64,000 nt of DNA. It comes from Pseudomonadota bacterium (lineage in GTDB: Bacteria; Pseudomonadota; Gammaproteobacteria; Xanthomonadales; Xanthomonadaceae). The position numbers were made by a program, and so were the translations under genes. The stretch spans positions 2,147 to 66,146 of the forward strand of contig JAEWFH010000025.1 in NCBI GenBank assembly GCA_023388955.1, read 5' to 3'. A model generated the notes under the pieces. It did no database searches and had not been told where the DNA came from. It was given only the letters and a program-made list of their open reading frames with translations. Position 1 is the first letter of the stretch. Every line of letters begins with the position of its first letter. Below are positions 1 to 9,503 of this stretch, piece after piece.

Positions 1-66
1 CTGCTGCGCGAGCGCGCGCGCGAGGTGCTGGCCGACTACGGCCGGCTCGGCGGCGCGAACTACTGA
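1..66 (+). CDS. 3' end of an upstream CDS (partial; possibly a nucleoside deaminase)
   Basis: Frame 1 reads LLRERAREVLADYGRLGGANY-stop and ends 2 nt before the rlmM ATG. The product is guessed only from the usual xanthomonad neighbour of rlmM. Confidence 0.4.
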   Translation: MLRERAREVLADYGRLGGANY

Positions 67-68
67 CG

Positions 69-1139
69 ATGGACCACGGCTTGCTGTGCCTGTGCCGGGC
101 GGGCTTCGAGCCCGAGCTGGCCGCCGAGCTGTCCGGGCGCGCGGCCCTGGCCGGTCATCCCGGCCATGCCCGCACCACCCGCGGCAGCGGCCTGGTGGAG
201 TTCTTCCCGGCCGACGGCGATGCGCCCGGGCTCGCCGGTGCGCTGCCGTTCCGCGAGCTGGTCTTCGCCCGGCAGAAGCTGCTGCGCCTGGCCGAGCTGC
301 GCGAAATCGAGGGCAACGACCGCATCGGTCCGCTGCTGCGCGCGCTCGACGGCCTGGCCGACGCCCGCCAGCTGCCGCTGTTCGGCGAACTATGGGTCGA
401 GCACGCCGACTCCGACGAGGGCCGTCCCCTGGCCGGACTGGCGCGCAGCTTCGGCAACGCCCTGCGCCCCGCCCTGCGCAAGGCCGGGCGCCTGGCGCAG
501 CGCGATGATCCCCGTCGGCCGCGCCTGCACGTGGTGCTGCTGGGTGGCCGGCACCTGCTGCTGGCCAGCGGCGACCCGGCCGACAGTGCGCCCTGGCCGC
601 TGGGCATCCCGCGCCTGCGCATGCATCCCGACGCGCCGAGCCGCTCGGCGCTGAAGCTGGAGGAAGCGCTGCTGGTGCTCCTCGGCCCCGGGGACCGCGA
701 GCGCCTGTTGCGCGAGGGCATGCAAGGTGCCGACCTGGGCGCCGCGCCCGGTGGCTGGAGCTGGGTGCTGGCCCGCCATGGCCTGATGGTCACCGCAGTG
801 GACAACGGGCCAATGCGCGAGGAGCTGCTGGCCGCCGGGCGGGTCCGCCACGTGCGCGAGGACGGCTTCCACTGGCAGCCGCGGCAGAAGCTGGACTGGA
901 TGGTCTGCGACATGGTCGAGCAGCCCCGCCGGGTCGCCGCGCGCATGGCCGAGTGGTTCGCCAATGACTGGTGCCGGCGCGCGGTGTTCAACCTCAAGTT
1001 GCCGATGAAGAAGCGCTGGGACGAGACCCGGCTGTGCCTGGACCTGTTCGCCGAACAGGCCGGACGCCCGCTGCGGGTGCGGGCGCGGCAGCTCTACCAC
1101 GACCGCGAGGAGATCACCGTCTACGCCGACGGCAGCTAG
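69..1139 (+). CDS. rlmM: 23S rRNA (cytidine2498-2'-O)-methyltransferase RlmM
   Basis: 356 aa; motifs CRAGFE, PSRSALKLEEA, DLGAAPGGW (SAM binding), CDMVEQP, FNLKLPMKKR, QLYHDREEIT. Confidence 0.95.
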   Translation: MDHGLLCLCRAGFEPELAAELSGRAALAGHPGHARTTRGSGLVEFFPADGDAPGLAGALPFRELVFARQKLLRLAELREIEGNDRIGPLLRALDGLADARQLPLFGELWVEHADSDEGRPLAGLARSFGNALRPALRKAGRLAQRDDPRRPRLHVVLLGGRHLLLASGDPADSAPWPLGIPRLRMHPDAPSRSALKLEEALLVLLGPGDRERLLREGMQGADLGAAPGGWSWVLARHGLMVTAVDNGPMREELLAAGRVRHVREDGFHWQPRQKLDWMVCDMVEQPRRVAARMAEWFANDWCRRAVFNLKLPMKKRWDETRLCLDLFAEQAGRPLRVRARQLYHDREEITVYADGS

Positions 1140-1147
1140 GGCCGCGG

Positions 1148-2338
1148 TCAGACCCCCGCCGCGTGCCGCCACAGGGCGCGGTTGAGCGGCGGCACCCGGC
1201 CGGCAACACCCAACAGGTGGCCGCGCAGCATCAGCGGCACCGGCGCATCGTTGGAATAGACCCGATCGATCAGGTCGAAAGCGTGGGCGGAGACGGCGTT
1301 GTCGCTGCGGCGACGCCGGTTCCAGCGGGCCAGCCGCGCCGGCGCCCCGATGTCCCCGCCCGTCCCGACCGCCCGGCCAGCCACGTCGAGCAGGGCGGCC
1401 ACGTCGCGCAACCCCAGGTTCACGCCCTGCCCGGCCAGCGGATGGACCACGTGCGCGGCGTCGCCCACCAGCACCACCCGGCCCTGCAGCTGGGTGGCGG
1501 CAAGCTGCCGGCGCAGCGGGAAGGCGGCGCGTGCGGAGACAGTGGCCAGTTCCCCCAGCGGGCCATCGAAGGCGCGTGACAGCTCGACCAGGAAGCGCTC
1601 CGCGTCGACGTGCAGCAGGCGCTCGGCTTCCGCTTCCGGCAGGCTCCAGACGATCGAGCTGCGCGGCCCGCCCTGCGGGTCATCGGCGAACGGCAGGAAG
1701 GCCAGCGGGCCTCCGGGAAGGAAGCGCTGCCAGCACGTCGCCTGGTGCGGCAGGGCGTGCCCGACGTAGGCCACCAGGCCGCGCTGCCCGTAGCTGCGTC
1801 CGCTGGCCTCGATGCCGGCCAGTTCCCGCACCCGCGAGGCGCCGCCGTCGGCCCCGACCACCAGCCGGGCGCGCAGGCGGCGCCCGGATTCCAGTTCCAC
1901 GCTGGCGCCGTCCAGGCCCTGCTCCAGCCCGGTGATCCGGTCCGGGCAGTGCATCCGCACCCCGGCCTGCTGCGCCGCGCTCCACAACCGGTCGACCAGC
2001 AGCCGGTTCTCGATGATCCAGCCCAGCTCGCGGCGGCCCAGCCGGTCGGCATCGAAGACCAGCGGCGAGCCGCCCCCCGCGTCCCACACCTGCATCCCGC
2101 GGTAAGGCTGCACGCGCGCAGCGGCGATCGCGTCCCAGGCGCCCAGGCGTTCCAGCAACGCGCCGTTGTCGGGTGCGATCGCGAATACCCTCAGGTCGGG
2201 TTCGTCCGCGCGCCAGTGCGGCGGCTCGCGCGGCTCCACCAACGCGACCTGCAGACCCGCGCGGGCCAGGCCGAGGGCGCTGGCGGTCCCGGCGACGCCC
2301 GCACCGACGACGACCGCGTCCAGTTCACGCCGGCTCAT
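1148..2338 (-). CDS. ubiI: FAD-dependent ubiquinone-pathway hydroxylase (UbiH/UbiF/VisC family, probably UbiI)
   Basis: GAGVAG FAD motif, VGADG, WQRFLPGGPLAFLP, GDAAHVVHPLAGQGVNLG; 4-bp overlap downstream of ubiH. Family is solid; paralogue assignment rests on synteny. Confidence 0.75.
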   Translation of the reverse strand: MSRRELDAVVVGAGVAGTASALGLARAGLQVALVEPREPPHWRADEPDLRVFAIAPDNGALLERLGAWDAIAAARVQPYRGMQVWDAGGGSPLVFDADRLGRRELGWIIENRLLVDRLWSAAQQAGVRMHCPDRITGLEQGLDGASVELESGRRLRARLVVGADGGASRVRELAGIEASGRSYGQRGLVAYVGHALPHQATCWQRFLPGGPLAFLPFADDPQGGPRSSIVWSLPEAEAERLLHVDAERFLVELSRAFDGPLGELATVSARAAFPLRRQLAATQLQGRVVLVGDAAHVVHPLAGQGVNLGLRDVAALLDVAGRAVGTGGDIGAPARLARWNRRRRSDNAVSAHAFDLIDRVYSNDAPVPLMLRGHLLGVAGRVPPLNRALWRHAAGV

Positions 2339-3585
2339 GCCGCCACCCCCGGGATCCGGCACAGGTCCGGGACGTCACCGCGATACCCCATCGCACCACC
2401 CACCAGCCCGGCCTGCAGCGATCCGGACAGGCCGACGCCCAGCAGGCCGAGGCTGCGCAGCGGACGCAGCAATGGCGACGGGTTGGCGGTGACCCGCGCC
2501 AGCCCGTCGGAGAAGGCCAGCGTGCGCTCGCGGTCCCCTGCACGGCGGGCGGCATAGCGCGCCAGCAGCGCGGGGTCGCCGCAGTCGCCACTGCCCCGCA
2601 GTTCCTCGGCCAGCGTCAGTGCGTCGCGCAAGCCGAGGTTGAAGCCCTGGGCGCCCACCGGGTGGATCGCCTGCGCGGCATTGCCGACCAGCACCGCCCG
2701 CGGCCCGGTCAGCGCGCTGGCGAGGGTACGCACCGCCGGATAGGCACTGCGTGGCCCGCAGCCCAGGAAGCGGCCGGCACGCCAGCCGAAGCGCCGCTGG
2801 GCGAGCCGCAGGAATCCATCCTCGTCCATCGCCGCGACCGCGGTGGCCTCCCCGGCGGGCACTGCCAGCACCAGCCCGTACTGGCGGTCCGCGCGCGGCA
2901 GCAGCGCCGCCGGACCGTCGTCGCCCAGCCGTTCCCAGGCGGTACCGTCGGGTATGCGGTCGGTACGCAGCCGGGTCACGAACAGCCTCTGGCCGTAGTC
3001 ATCGACCGCGGTGCCGATACCCAGCGCGGCGCGCACGCCGCTGCCGGCACCGTCCGCGCCCACCAGCAGGCGGGTCCGCAGCAGGCGCTCGCCCTGGTCG
3101 TTTGCAACACGCAGGACCCGGGCGTCGCCATCGTCCTCCGCGAGCCCGAGGAAACGTGCCGGCCGCAGGCGGCGGACCCCGTGCAGCCCGGCCATCCGGG
3201 CCTCCAGTGCCTGGCCGAAATCACGCGCCACCACCACCTGGCCGAACGCCTCGCGCCCGTAGTCCGCCGCGTCCAGCAACACCCGGCCGAAGTCGCCCGC
3301 GCGGCTCACGTGGATGCGGCGGATCAGCGCCGGCGGCCCCCGCAGCTGCTCCATCACGCCCAGCGCGGTGAGCGCGTTCACGGTCGCCTCGGCGAAGCTC
3401 AGGTTGCGCTCGTCGAAGACCTCCGGCATGGCGCCAGCGCTGGCTTCCAGCATCACCACGTCGAGGCCGGAGCCTTCCAGCGCGATCGCCAGGCTGGCGC
3501 CCACCAGGCCGCCTCCGATGATCACCACGTCGTGGGTCGTCCCGGGGTCCGGGAGCCTGGCTGGGGAGGGGGCCGGGTCGGTCAT
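2335..3585 (-). CDS. ubiH: 2-octaprenyl-6-methoxyphenol hydroxylase UbiH
   Basis: IIGGGLVG, FDERNLS, IHVSRAGDFG, GNAAQAIHPVGAQGFNLGLRD. Confidence 0.9.
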   Translation of the reverse strand: MTDPAPSPARLPDPGTTHDVVIIGGGLVGASLAIALEGSGLDVVMLEASAGAMPEVFDERNLSFAEATVNALTALGVMEQLRGPPALIRRIHVSRAGDFGRVLLDAADYGREAFGQVVVARDFGQALEARMAGLHGVRRLRPARFLGLAEDDGDARVLRVANDQGERLLRTRLLVGADGAGSGVRAALGIGTAVDDYGQRLFVTRLRTDRIPDGTAWERLGDDGPAALLPRADRQYGLVLAVPAGEATAVAAMDEDGFLRLAQRRFGWRAGRFLGCGPRSAYPAVRTLASALTGPRAVLVGNAAQAIHPVGAQGFNLGLRDALTLAEELRGSGDCGDPALLARYAARRAGDRERTLAFSDGLARVTANPSPLLRPLRSLGLLGVGLSGSLQAGLVGGAMGYRGDVPDLCRIPGVAA

Positions 3586-3626
3586 TGCGCTATGCTAGCG
3601 GCTCCCGTCGGCTCGTACTGCGCACC

Positions 3627-4214
3627 ATGACCAACACCGCATCCAAGGCGCCCCTGGGCGGCCTGTTCACCGCCGGCCCGCTCGTCCTGCTGGCCCTCAT
3701 CGTCGTGGCCGCGCTGACCCGCGTGCTGCCGCACCCGCCCAACTTCTCGCCGGTGGCCGCGGTGGCCCTGTTCGGCGGCGCCTACTTCCTCAACCGGCGC
3801 TGGGCGGTGTTCGTCCCGCTGCTGGCGCTGATGGCCTCCGACCTGGTGCTGGCGCGCATGCACGGAGGCCTGTACGGGACCTGGTTCTCCAGCAGCGGCA
3901 TCTGGCTGGTCTACGGCGCCACCGCGGCGATCGCAGTGATGGGCTTCGGCCTGCGCGGCCGGGTCGGCGGGGCCAGCGTGCTGGGCTACTCGCTGGGCGC
4001 CTCGGTGTTCTTCTTCCTGGTCACCAATGCCGGTGCCTGGCTGGCCGACCCGATGTACCCGAAGACCTTCGCCGGCCTCGGCGCGGCGTATGCGGCCGGC
4101 ATTCCGTTCTTCCAGTGGACGGTGGCGGGCACGCTGGCCTACTCGGCCGCCCTGTTCGGCGGCTTCGCCCTGCTGCGGCGCCAGCTGCCGGCGCTGCGCG
4201 CGCAGACGGCCTGA
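3627..4214 (+). CDS. DUF6580-type integral membrane protein (putative S-component-like transporter)
   Basis: 195 aa, multiple TM helices; RVLPHPPNFSPVAAVALFGGAY and FFLVTN...YAAGIPFF motifs; TATGCT -10-like hexamer at 3591-3596. Confidence 0.8.
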   Translation: MTNTASKAPLGGLFTAGPLVLLALIVVAALTRVLPHPPNFSPVAAVALFGGAYFLNRRWAVFVPLLALMASDLVLARMHGGLYGTWFSSSGIWLVYGATAAIAVMGFGLRGRVGGASVLGYSLGASVFFFLVTNAGAWLADPMYPKTFAGLGAAYAAGIPFFQWTVAGTLAYSAALFGGFALLRRQLPALRAQTA

Positions 4215-4228
4215 GGCCACCCGCACCA

Positions 4229-4783
4229 ATGGGCAACCGCCTCTCGAAGATCTACACCCGCACCGGCGACGACGGCACGACCGGCCTGGGCGACGGCAGC
4301 CGGGTCGGCAAGGACTCCGCGCGCGTGGAGGCCTACGGCACGGTCGACGAGGCCAATTCGGCGATCGGCCTGGTGCTGGCCGCCGGCGTCGCCGGGGACG
4401 TCGCCACGGTCCTGACCGCGGTGCAGCACCAGCTGTTCGACCTGGGCGGGGAGCTGTGCATCCCCGGCCACGCCGCCATCCACGACGCCGACATCGAGCG
4501 CCTCGAGCAGCACCTGGACCGCTTCAACGAAGGCCTGCCCCCGCTGCGCGAGTTCATCCTGCCCGGCGGTGGCGAGGCGGCCGCGCGCTGCCACCTGGCC
4601 CGCACCATCGTGCGCCGGGCCGAGCGCGCCACGATCGCACTGGCCCGCGACGAGGATGTGCGCGCCGAGCCGGTGCGCTACCTCAACCGCCTGTCCGACC
4701 TGTTGTTCGTGCTCTCGCGGGTACTGGCGCGCGCCAGCGGCCACGGCGAAGTGCTCTGGAACCACGAACGCCGCAAGGGCTGA
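4229..4783 (+). CDS. ATP:cob(I)alamin adenosyltransferase, PduO/YvqK type
   Basis: KIYTRTGDDGTTGL, EAYGTVDEANS, FILPGG, ARTIVRRAER, YLNRLSDLLF. Confidence 0.93.
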   Translation: MGNRLSKIYTRTGDDGTTGLGDGSRVGKDSARVEAYGTVDEANSAIGLVLAAGVAGDVATVLTAVQHQLFDLGGELCIPGHAAIHDADIERLEQHLDRFNEGLPPLREFILPGGGEAAARCHLARTIVRRAERATIALARDEDVRAEPVRYLNRLSDLLFVLSRVLARASGHGEVLWNHERRKG

Positions 4784-4799
4784 GGGTCCGCCCCCGCCG

Positions 4800-5729
4800 A
4801 TGGCGCCCGTCCCGCTCCGGCTGTACACCCACCCCGACTGCCTGGGGCATGACCCCGGCGCGCCCCACGTGGAAGTCCCGGCGCGCCTGGGGGCGGTGAC
4901 CGACGCGCTTTCGCGGAGCTTCCCGGACCTTCCCTGGTACCCGGCACCGGAAGCCACCCGCGCCCAGCTGCTGAGGGTGCATGACCCGGCGCTGCTGGCG
5001 CTGGTGCTCGATTCCGGACACCGGCCGGACGACCCGCCACTGGCCCTGGATCCGGACACCTTCGTCGGCACCGGTTCGGCTGCCGCCGCGCTGCGCGCCG
5101 CCGGGGCCGGCGTCGCGGCGGTCGATGCCGTCCTGGCCGGGGAGGCGACCCGGGCATTCTGCGCGGTGCGCCCGCCCGGCCACCATGCCGGCCACTCCAC
5201 CGCAATGGGATTCTGCCTGCTCAACAACGTCGCCGTGGCCGCTGCCCACGCGCTGCACGCGCACGGGCTGCCCCGCGTGGCGGTGGTCGATTTCGACGTC
5301 CACCACGGCAATGGCACCCAGGAGATCCTCGCCGCCGAGCCTGCCGCGCTGTACGTGTCCAGCCACCAGTCGCCGCTGTTCCCGGACACCGGAGGCGAAG
5401 CCGGCGGCACGGGCAACGTCCTCAACCGCGGACTGGCGCCCGGCAGCGGCAGCGACGCGTTCCGCAAGGCCTGGGAGGAGGAACTGCTGCCGGCGCTGGA
5501 CGCCTGGCGCCCGCGGCTGTTGCTGGTGTCCGCCGGCTTCGACGGCCATCGCGCCGACCCGCTCGCCGACCTGGACCTGGACGGCGCGGACTTCGCCTGG
5601 CTGACCACGCGGCTGCGCGCCATCGCCGACCGCCACGCCGGGGGCCGGCTGGTCTCCACCCTGGAAGGCGGCTACTCGTTGCAGGCGCTGGCCGAGGCCG
5701 CCGTGGCGCACGTCGGCGCGTTGCGCTGA
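4800..5729 (+). CDS. Histone deacetylase family amidohydrolase
   Basis: RPPGHHA, MGFCLLNN, DFDVHHGNGTQ, SAGFDGH, LEGGY. Confidence 0.93.
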   Translation: MAPVPLRLYTHPDCLGHDPGAPHVEVPARLGAVTDALSRSFPDLPWYPAPEATRAQLLRVHDPALLALVLDSGHRPDDPPLALDPDTFVGTGSAAAALRAAGAGVAAVDAVLAGEATRAFCAVRPPGHHAGHSTAMGFCLLNNVAVAAAHALHAHGLPRVAVVDFDVHHGNGTQEILAAEPAALYVSSHQSPLFPDTGGEAGGTGNVLNRGLAPGSGSDAFRKAWEEELLPALDAWRPRLLLVSAGFDGHRADPLADLDLDGADFAWLTTRLRAIADRHAGGRLVSTLEGGYSLQALAEAAVAHVGALR

Positions 5730-5858
5730 GCTGTGCATGTCCTTCACCTGGCGCGTGCAACGGTGAACCCCCGCCCAAGCGGACCCTGCCCGCGTTGCCG
5801 GTACACCCGGTGTTCCGGCAAGCTAGCGGGCGTTTTTCCCGCCTGAATGGATGGCCGC

Positions 5859-8195
5859 GTGCGAAACAGCTTCCGCTTCCTCCCCCTGTCGCTGTGCATC
5901 GCCGCCGCCCTGCCGGCCTACGCACAGGAGCCCGACGACTCGTGGCGGCTGTGTCCGCTGGAGGATGCGGTCCCGCCGTTCCTGGATGCCCCGGCCCCGT
6001 CGGGCACCGCCGCCGACCGGGAGAACCAGCCGACCGACATCTCCGGCGACGCCCTGCAAGGCAACCCGGACAGCACCCTGTTCGAGGGCAACGTGGAGCT
6101 GACCCGCGGCGACCAGTTCCTGGGCACCGACCAGCTCACCTATGACAGCCAGGCCGGCACCTACACCGCCGAGGGCAGCGTGCGCTACCAGGACTCGGGC
6201 ATGCGCATCCTCGCCGAGCGCGCCCATGGCGACCAGGAAGCCGACCGCCACACCATCGAGGACCTGCGTTACCAGCTGATCAGCCGCCGCGGCAACGGCG
6301 GCGCGGAGAAGATCGAGATGGAGGGCGAGCAGGGCCTGCTGCTGGGCTCGACCTACTCCACCTGCCCGCCGTCCGAACGCGCCTGGGAACTGCAGGCCGA
6401 CCGCATCGACATCGACACCGTCGAGGGCATGGCGGTCGCGCGCCGGGCCAGCATCCGCATCGGCAAGGTGCCGGTGATGTACGTGCCCTGGCTGATGTTC
6501 CCCATCGACGACCGGCGCCGCACCGGCCTGCTGTGGCCCTCGGTCCGCCTGTCGGGCCGCAATGGCTTCGACTACGAACAGCCGGTCTACCTCAACCTGG
6601 CGCCCAACTACGACGCCACCCTGACCCCGCGCATCATGACCGACCGCGGGGCGATGATCGGCGCCGAGTTCCGCTGGCTCTACGAGGGTGGGCGCGGCAC
6701 CCTGGAAGGCACCTGGATGCCGACCGACAAACTTCCGGAGAACGAGCCGGAACGTTATGCCGGTTCGACCACGCCGCCCACCGACGACCGCGGCACCTTC
6801 AAGTTCAACGCCACCCACGCGCTGGGCGGCAACTGGCGCACGACCGCCAACCTCGGCTGGGTCAGCGATCCCCACTACCTCGAGGATTTCAGCAACACCC
6901 AGTACGGCATGTCGGCCTGGAACATACGCAGCTCGCTGGGTGTCTACGGGCGCGGGCAGCACTGGGACGCCGGCCTGATGGCCGACCACAACCAGCTGGC
7001 CGACTACACCCTGACCGAGCGCAACCTGCGCTACGACCGCCTGCCGCGTGCGTTCGTGAACTGGGAGCAGCCCATCGGGCGCTGGTTCCGGGCCGGCCTG
7101 GGCGCGGAAGCGGTGAAGTTCCAGCACGACGTCCGCGACGAGGGCTCCCGCCTGGACGTGAAACCCTTCATTTCCATGCCGCTGGAAGGCCCGAGCTGGT
7201 ACCTGACGCCGAAACTGGCCTGGCGCTACACCGCGTGGGAGCTGGACGACAACCTGGCCGCGGCCAACGACGGCGAAGCCTCTCCGACCCGCAGCCTGCC
7301 GATCACCTCGCTGGACGCCGGCCTGTTCTTCGACCGCCAGGTGGAGATCGCCGGCGACAGCTTCCTGCAGACCCTCGAGCCGCGCATCTATTACCTCAAC
7401 GTCCCCTACCGGGACCAGTCCGGGCTGCCGCGCTTCGACACCAACCCGATGACGTTCAGCTGGGGCCAGCTGTTCCGCGACAACCGCTACACCGGCCCCG
7501 ACCGCCAGATCGATGCCAACCAGCTGACCACCGCCCTGACCACCCGGCTGATCAGCGAGGCGGACGGTCGCGAACGGCTGTCGGCGAGCATCGGCCAGAT
7601 CCACTACTTCGACGACAGCCGGGTGACGCTCAATCGCAACCAGGCGCCACTGGAAGCCGGCCGCTCGTCCTGGGTCGCCGACGTGGGCGTTGCGGCGAGC
7701 GACCGCTGGACCATCAACGCCTCCTACCAGTGGGACCCCAAGGAGCGCCGCGAGGACCTGATCAGCCTGCGTACCCGCTACCTGATCGGCGACACCGGGG
7801 TGGTCAACCTGGGCTACCGCTACCGCCGCGACCTGGCCGAGCAGGTCGACTTCTCCTTCCTGTATCCGGTCAACCGGGAATGGAGCCTGGTCGGGCGCTA
7901 CTACTACTCGCTGGACGAGCGCAAGGTGATCGAATCGATCGCGGGCGTGCAGTGGGAAAGCTGCTGCATGGCCGCGCGCCTGGTGACCCGGCGCTACATT
8001 CGCCACCGCAGCGGCGAGCTCGACGATTCCCTGCGTTTCGAGATCGAGCTCAAGGGCCTGGGCTCGGCCGGGCAGAAGTCCGGCGACTTCCTGCGCCGTG
8101 CTATTCTCGGCTACGAGCGCGACGACCTGTATCTGGTCCCGCCCTCCTCGCTTGACAGCGACTCCTACGACCCCTCCCTCGACCCGATCCCATGA
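5859..8195 (+). CDS. lptD: LPS-assembly outer-membrane protein LptD
   Basis: Signal peptide, WRLCP, YSTCPP, YLNLAPNYD, LEPRIYYLNVPYRDQ, WESCC, IELKGLG; first gene of lptD-surA-pdxA-rsmA. Start may be GTG 5859 or ATG 5847. Confidence 0.95.
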   Translation: MRNSFRFLPLSLCIAAALPAYAQEPDDSWRLCPLEDAVPPFLDAPAPSGTAADRENQPTDISGDALQGNPDSTLFEGNVELTRGDQFLGTDQLTYDSQAGTYTAEGSVRYQDSGMRILAERAHGDQEADRHTIEDLRYQLISRRGNGGAEKIEMEGEQGLLLGSTYSTCPPSERAWELQADRIDIDTVEGMAVARRASIRIGKVPVMYVPWLMFPIDDRRRTGLLWPSVRLSGRNGFDYEQPVYLNLAPNYDATLTPRIMTDRGAMIGAEFRWLYEGGRGTLEGTWMPTDKLPENEPERYAGSTTPPTDDRGTFKFNATHALGGNWRTTANLGWVSDPHYLEDFSNTQYGMSAWNIRSSLGVYGRGQHWDAGLMADHNQLADYTLTERNLRYDRLPRAFVNWEQPIGRWFRAGLGAEAVKFQHDVRDEGSRLDVKPFISMPLEGPSWYLTPKLAWRYTAWELDDNLAAANDGEASPTRSLPITSLDAGLFFDRQVEIAGDSFLQTLEPRIYYLNVPYRDQSGLPRFDTNPMTFSWGQLFRDNRYTGPDRQIDANQLTTALTTRLISEADGRERLSASIGQIHYFDDSRVTLNRNQAPLEAGRSSWVADVGVAASDRWTINASYQWDPKERREDLISLRTRYLIGDTGVVNLGYRYRRDLAEQVDFSFLYPVNREWSLVGRYYYSLDERKVIESIAGVQWESCCMAARLVTRRYIRHRSGELDDSLRFEIELKGLGSAGQKSGDFLRRAILGYERDDLYLVPPSSLDSDSYDPSLDPIP

Positions 8196-9502
8196 AGAAA
8201 CTGTTCGCCTGCCTCATCGCCGGGGCACTGCTGGCGGGGCCAGCGCATGCACAGCAGGTGGCGCCGATCGACGGCATCGCCGCCGTCGTGGACGAGGACG
8301 TCATCCTGCGCAGCGAACTCGAGCGCGCGGTGGCCAACATCCGCGCCCAGTACGCCGGCCGCGAAGAGCAGTTGCCGCCACCGGCGGTGCTCGAGCGCCA
8401 GGTCGCCGAGCGCCTGGTACTGCTCAAGCTGCAGGTGGCGCGCGCGCGCGATACCGGCGTGCGCGTGGGCGACCAGGAGATCGACCAGGCAATCGCCGCG
8501 ATCGCCGCCCAGAACGGCGCGACCGTGCAGCAGCTCAGCGCCCAGATCGCCGCCGATGGCCTGGATTTCGACCAGTTCCGCGACTCGGTGCGCGAGGAGC
8601 TGATGATCCAGCACCTGCGCAACCGCTTCGCCCGCAGCGAGATCGCGGTCACCGAGGCCGAGGTCGACTCCGCTCTGCAGGCGCAGTCCGCCGGCGGGCC
8701 GCAGTACCACATCGCCCACATCCTGGTCGGCCTGCCCGAAGGCGCCACGCCCCAGCAGATCAACACCGCCCAGGAGAAGATCGAAGGCATCAAGGCCCTG
8801 CTCGACCGTGGCGAAATGGGCTTCGCGGCCGCCGCGGTGCGCTACTCCGACAGCCCCAATGCCCTGGAAGGCGGCGACCTGGGCTGGCGTGGCGGCAGCG
8901 AGATCCCGTCCGCGTTCTCGCAGATGGTCATGAACATGGCCCCCGGCGAGGTCACCGCGCCGATCCGTGGCCCCAGCGGTTTCCAGCTGGTGCAGCTGGT
9001 CGACGTGCGCGATGCCTCCGCGGCGGACACGCAGATGGCCACCCAGGTTCGCGCCAGCCACATCCTGATCCGGGTCGGCGACGACACCGACCCGGCAACC
9101 GCCAAGGCCGAAGCCGACACCCTGCATGCCCGCCTGGCCGGCGGTGCGGACTTCGCCGAGCTCGCCCGCAGCCGGTCGCAGGACGTCAGTTCGCAGGCCG
9201 CCGGGGGCGACCTGGGCTGGTTCGTGCCGCAGCAGTTTGGCCCCGAGATGGCGACGGCGGTCAACGCCCTGCGCGACGGTGAGGTGTCGGAGCCATTCCG
9301 CACCTCGGCCGGCTGGCACATCCTCAAGCGCACCGGTACCCGCCAGGCTGACGTCGGCGACGAGAACCGCCGCGCCCAGGTCCGCGACATGCTCGGCCGT
9401 CGCAAGCTGGAGGACCGCTGGGAGCGCTTCGTCCGCGAAATGCGCAGCGAGGCCTACGTCGACCTGCGCACCGTGGCGCTCGACGGTACCCGGGCCGACT
9501 GA
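8192..9502 (+). CDS. surA: Periplasmic chaperone/PPIase SurA
   Basis: Signal peptide, IAAVVDEDVIL, two parvulin domains (HILV...GGDLGW twice); overlaps lptD stop. Confidence 0.95.
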   Translation: MKKLFACLIAGALLAGPAHAQQVAPIDGIAAVVDEDVILRSELERAVANIRAQYAGREEQLPPPAVLERQVAERLVLLKLQVARARDTGVRVGDQEIDQAIAAIAAQNGATVQQLSAQIAADGLDFDQFRDSVREELMIQHLRNRFARSEIAVTEAEVDSALQAQSAGGPQYHIAHILVGLPEGATPQQINTAQEKIEGIKALLDRGEMGFAAAAVRYSDSPNALEGGDLGWRGGSEIPSAFSQMVMNMAPGEVTAPIRGPSGFQLVQLVDVRDASAADTQMATQVRASHILIRVGDDTDPATAKAEADTLHARLAGGADFAELARSRSQDVSSQAAGGDLGWFVPQQFGPEMATAVNALRDGEVSEPFRTSAGWHILKRTGTRQADVGDENRRAQVRDMLGRRKLEDRWERFVREMRSEAYVDLRTVALDGTRAD

Positions 9503-9503
9503 G

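Noticed and set aside
3586..3626. Cobalamin riboswitch before the DUF6580/adenosyltransferase genes
   Set aside because: Only 41 bp of intergenic DNA and no B12-box motif.
5823..8006. Long antisense ORFs (also 22534-24960, 39120-41072, 50949-53363, 53500-55626, 55834-57897)
   Set aside because: Each mirrors a well-supported gene on the opposite strand, which is typical of very GC-rich DNA.
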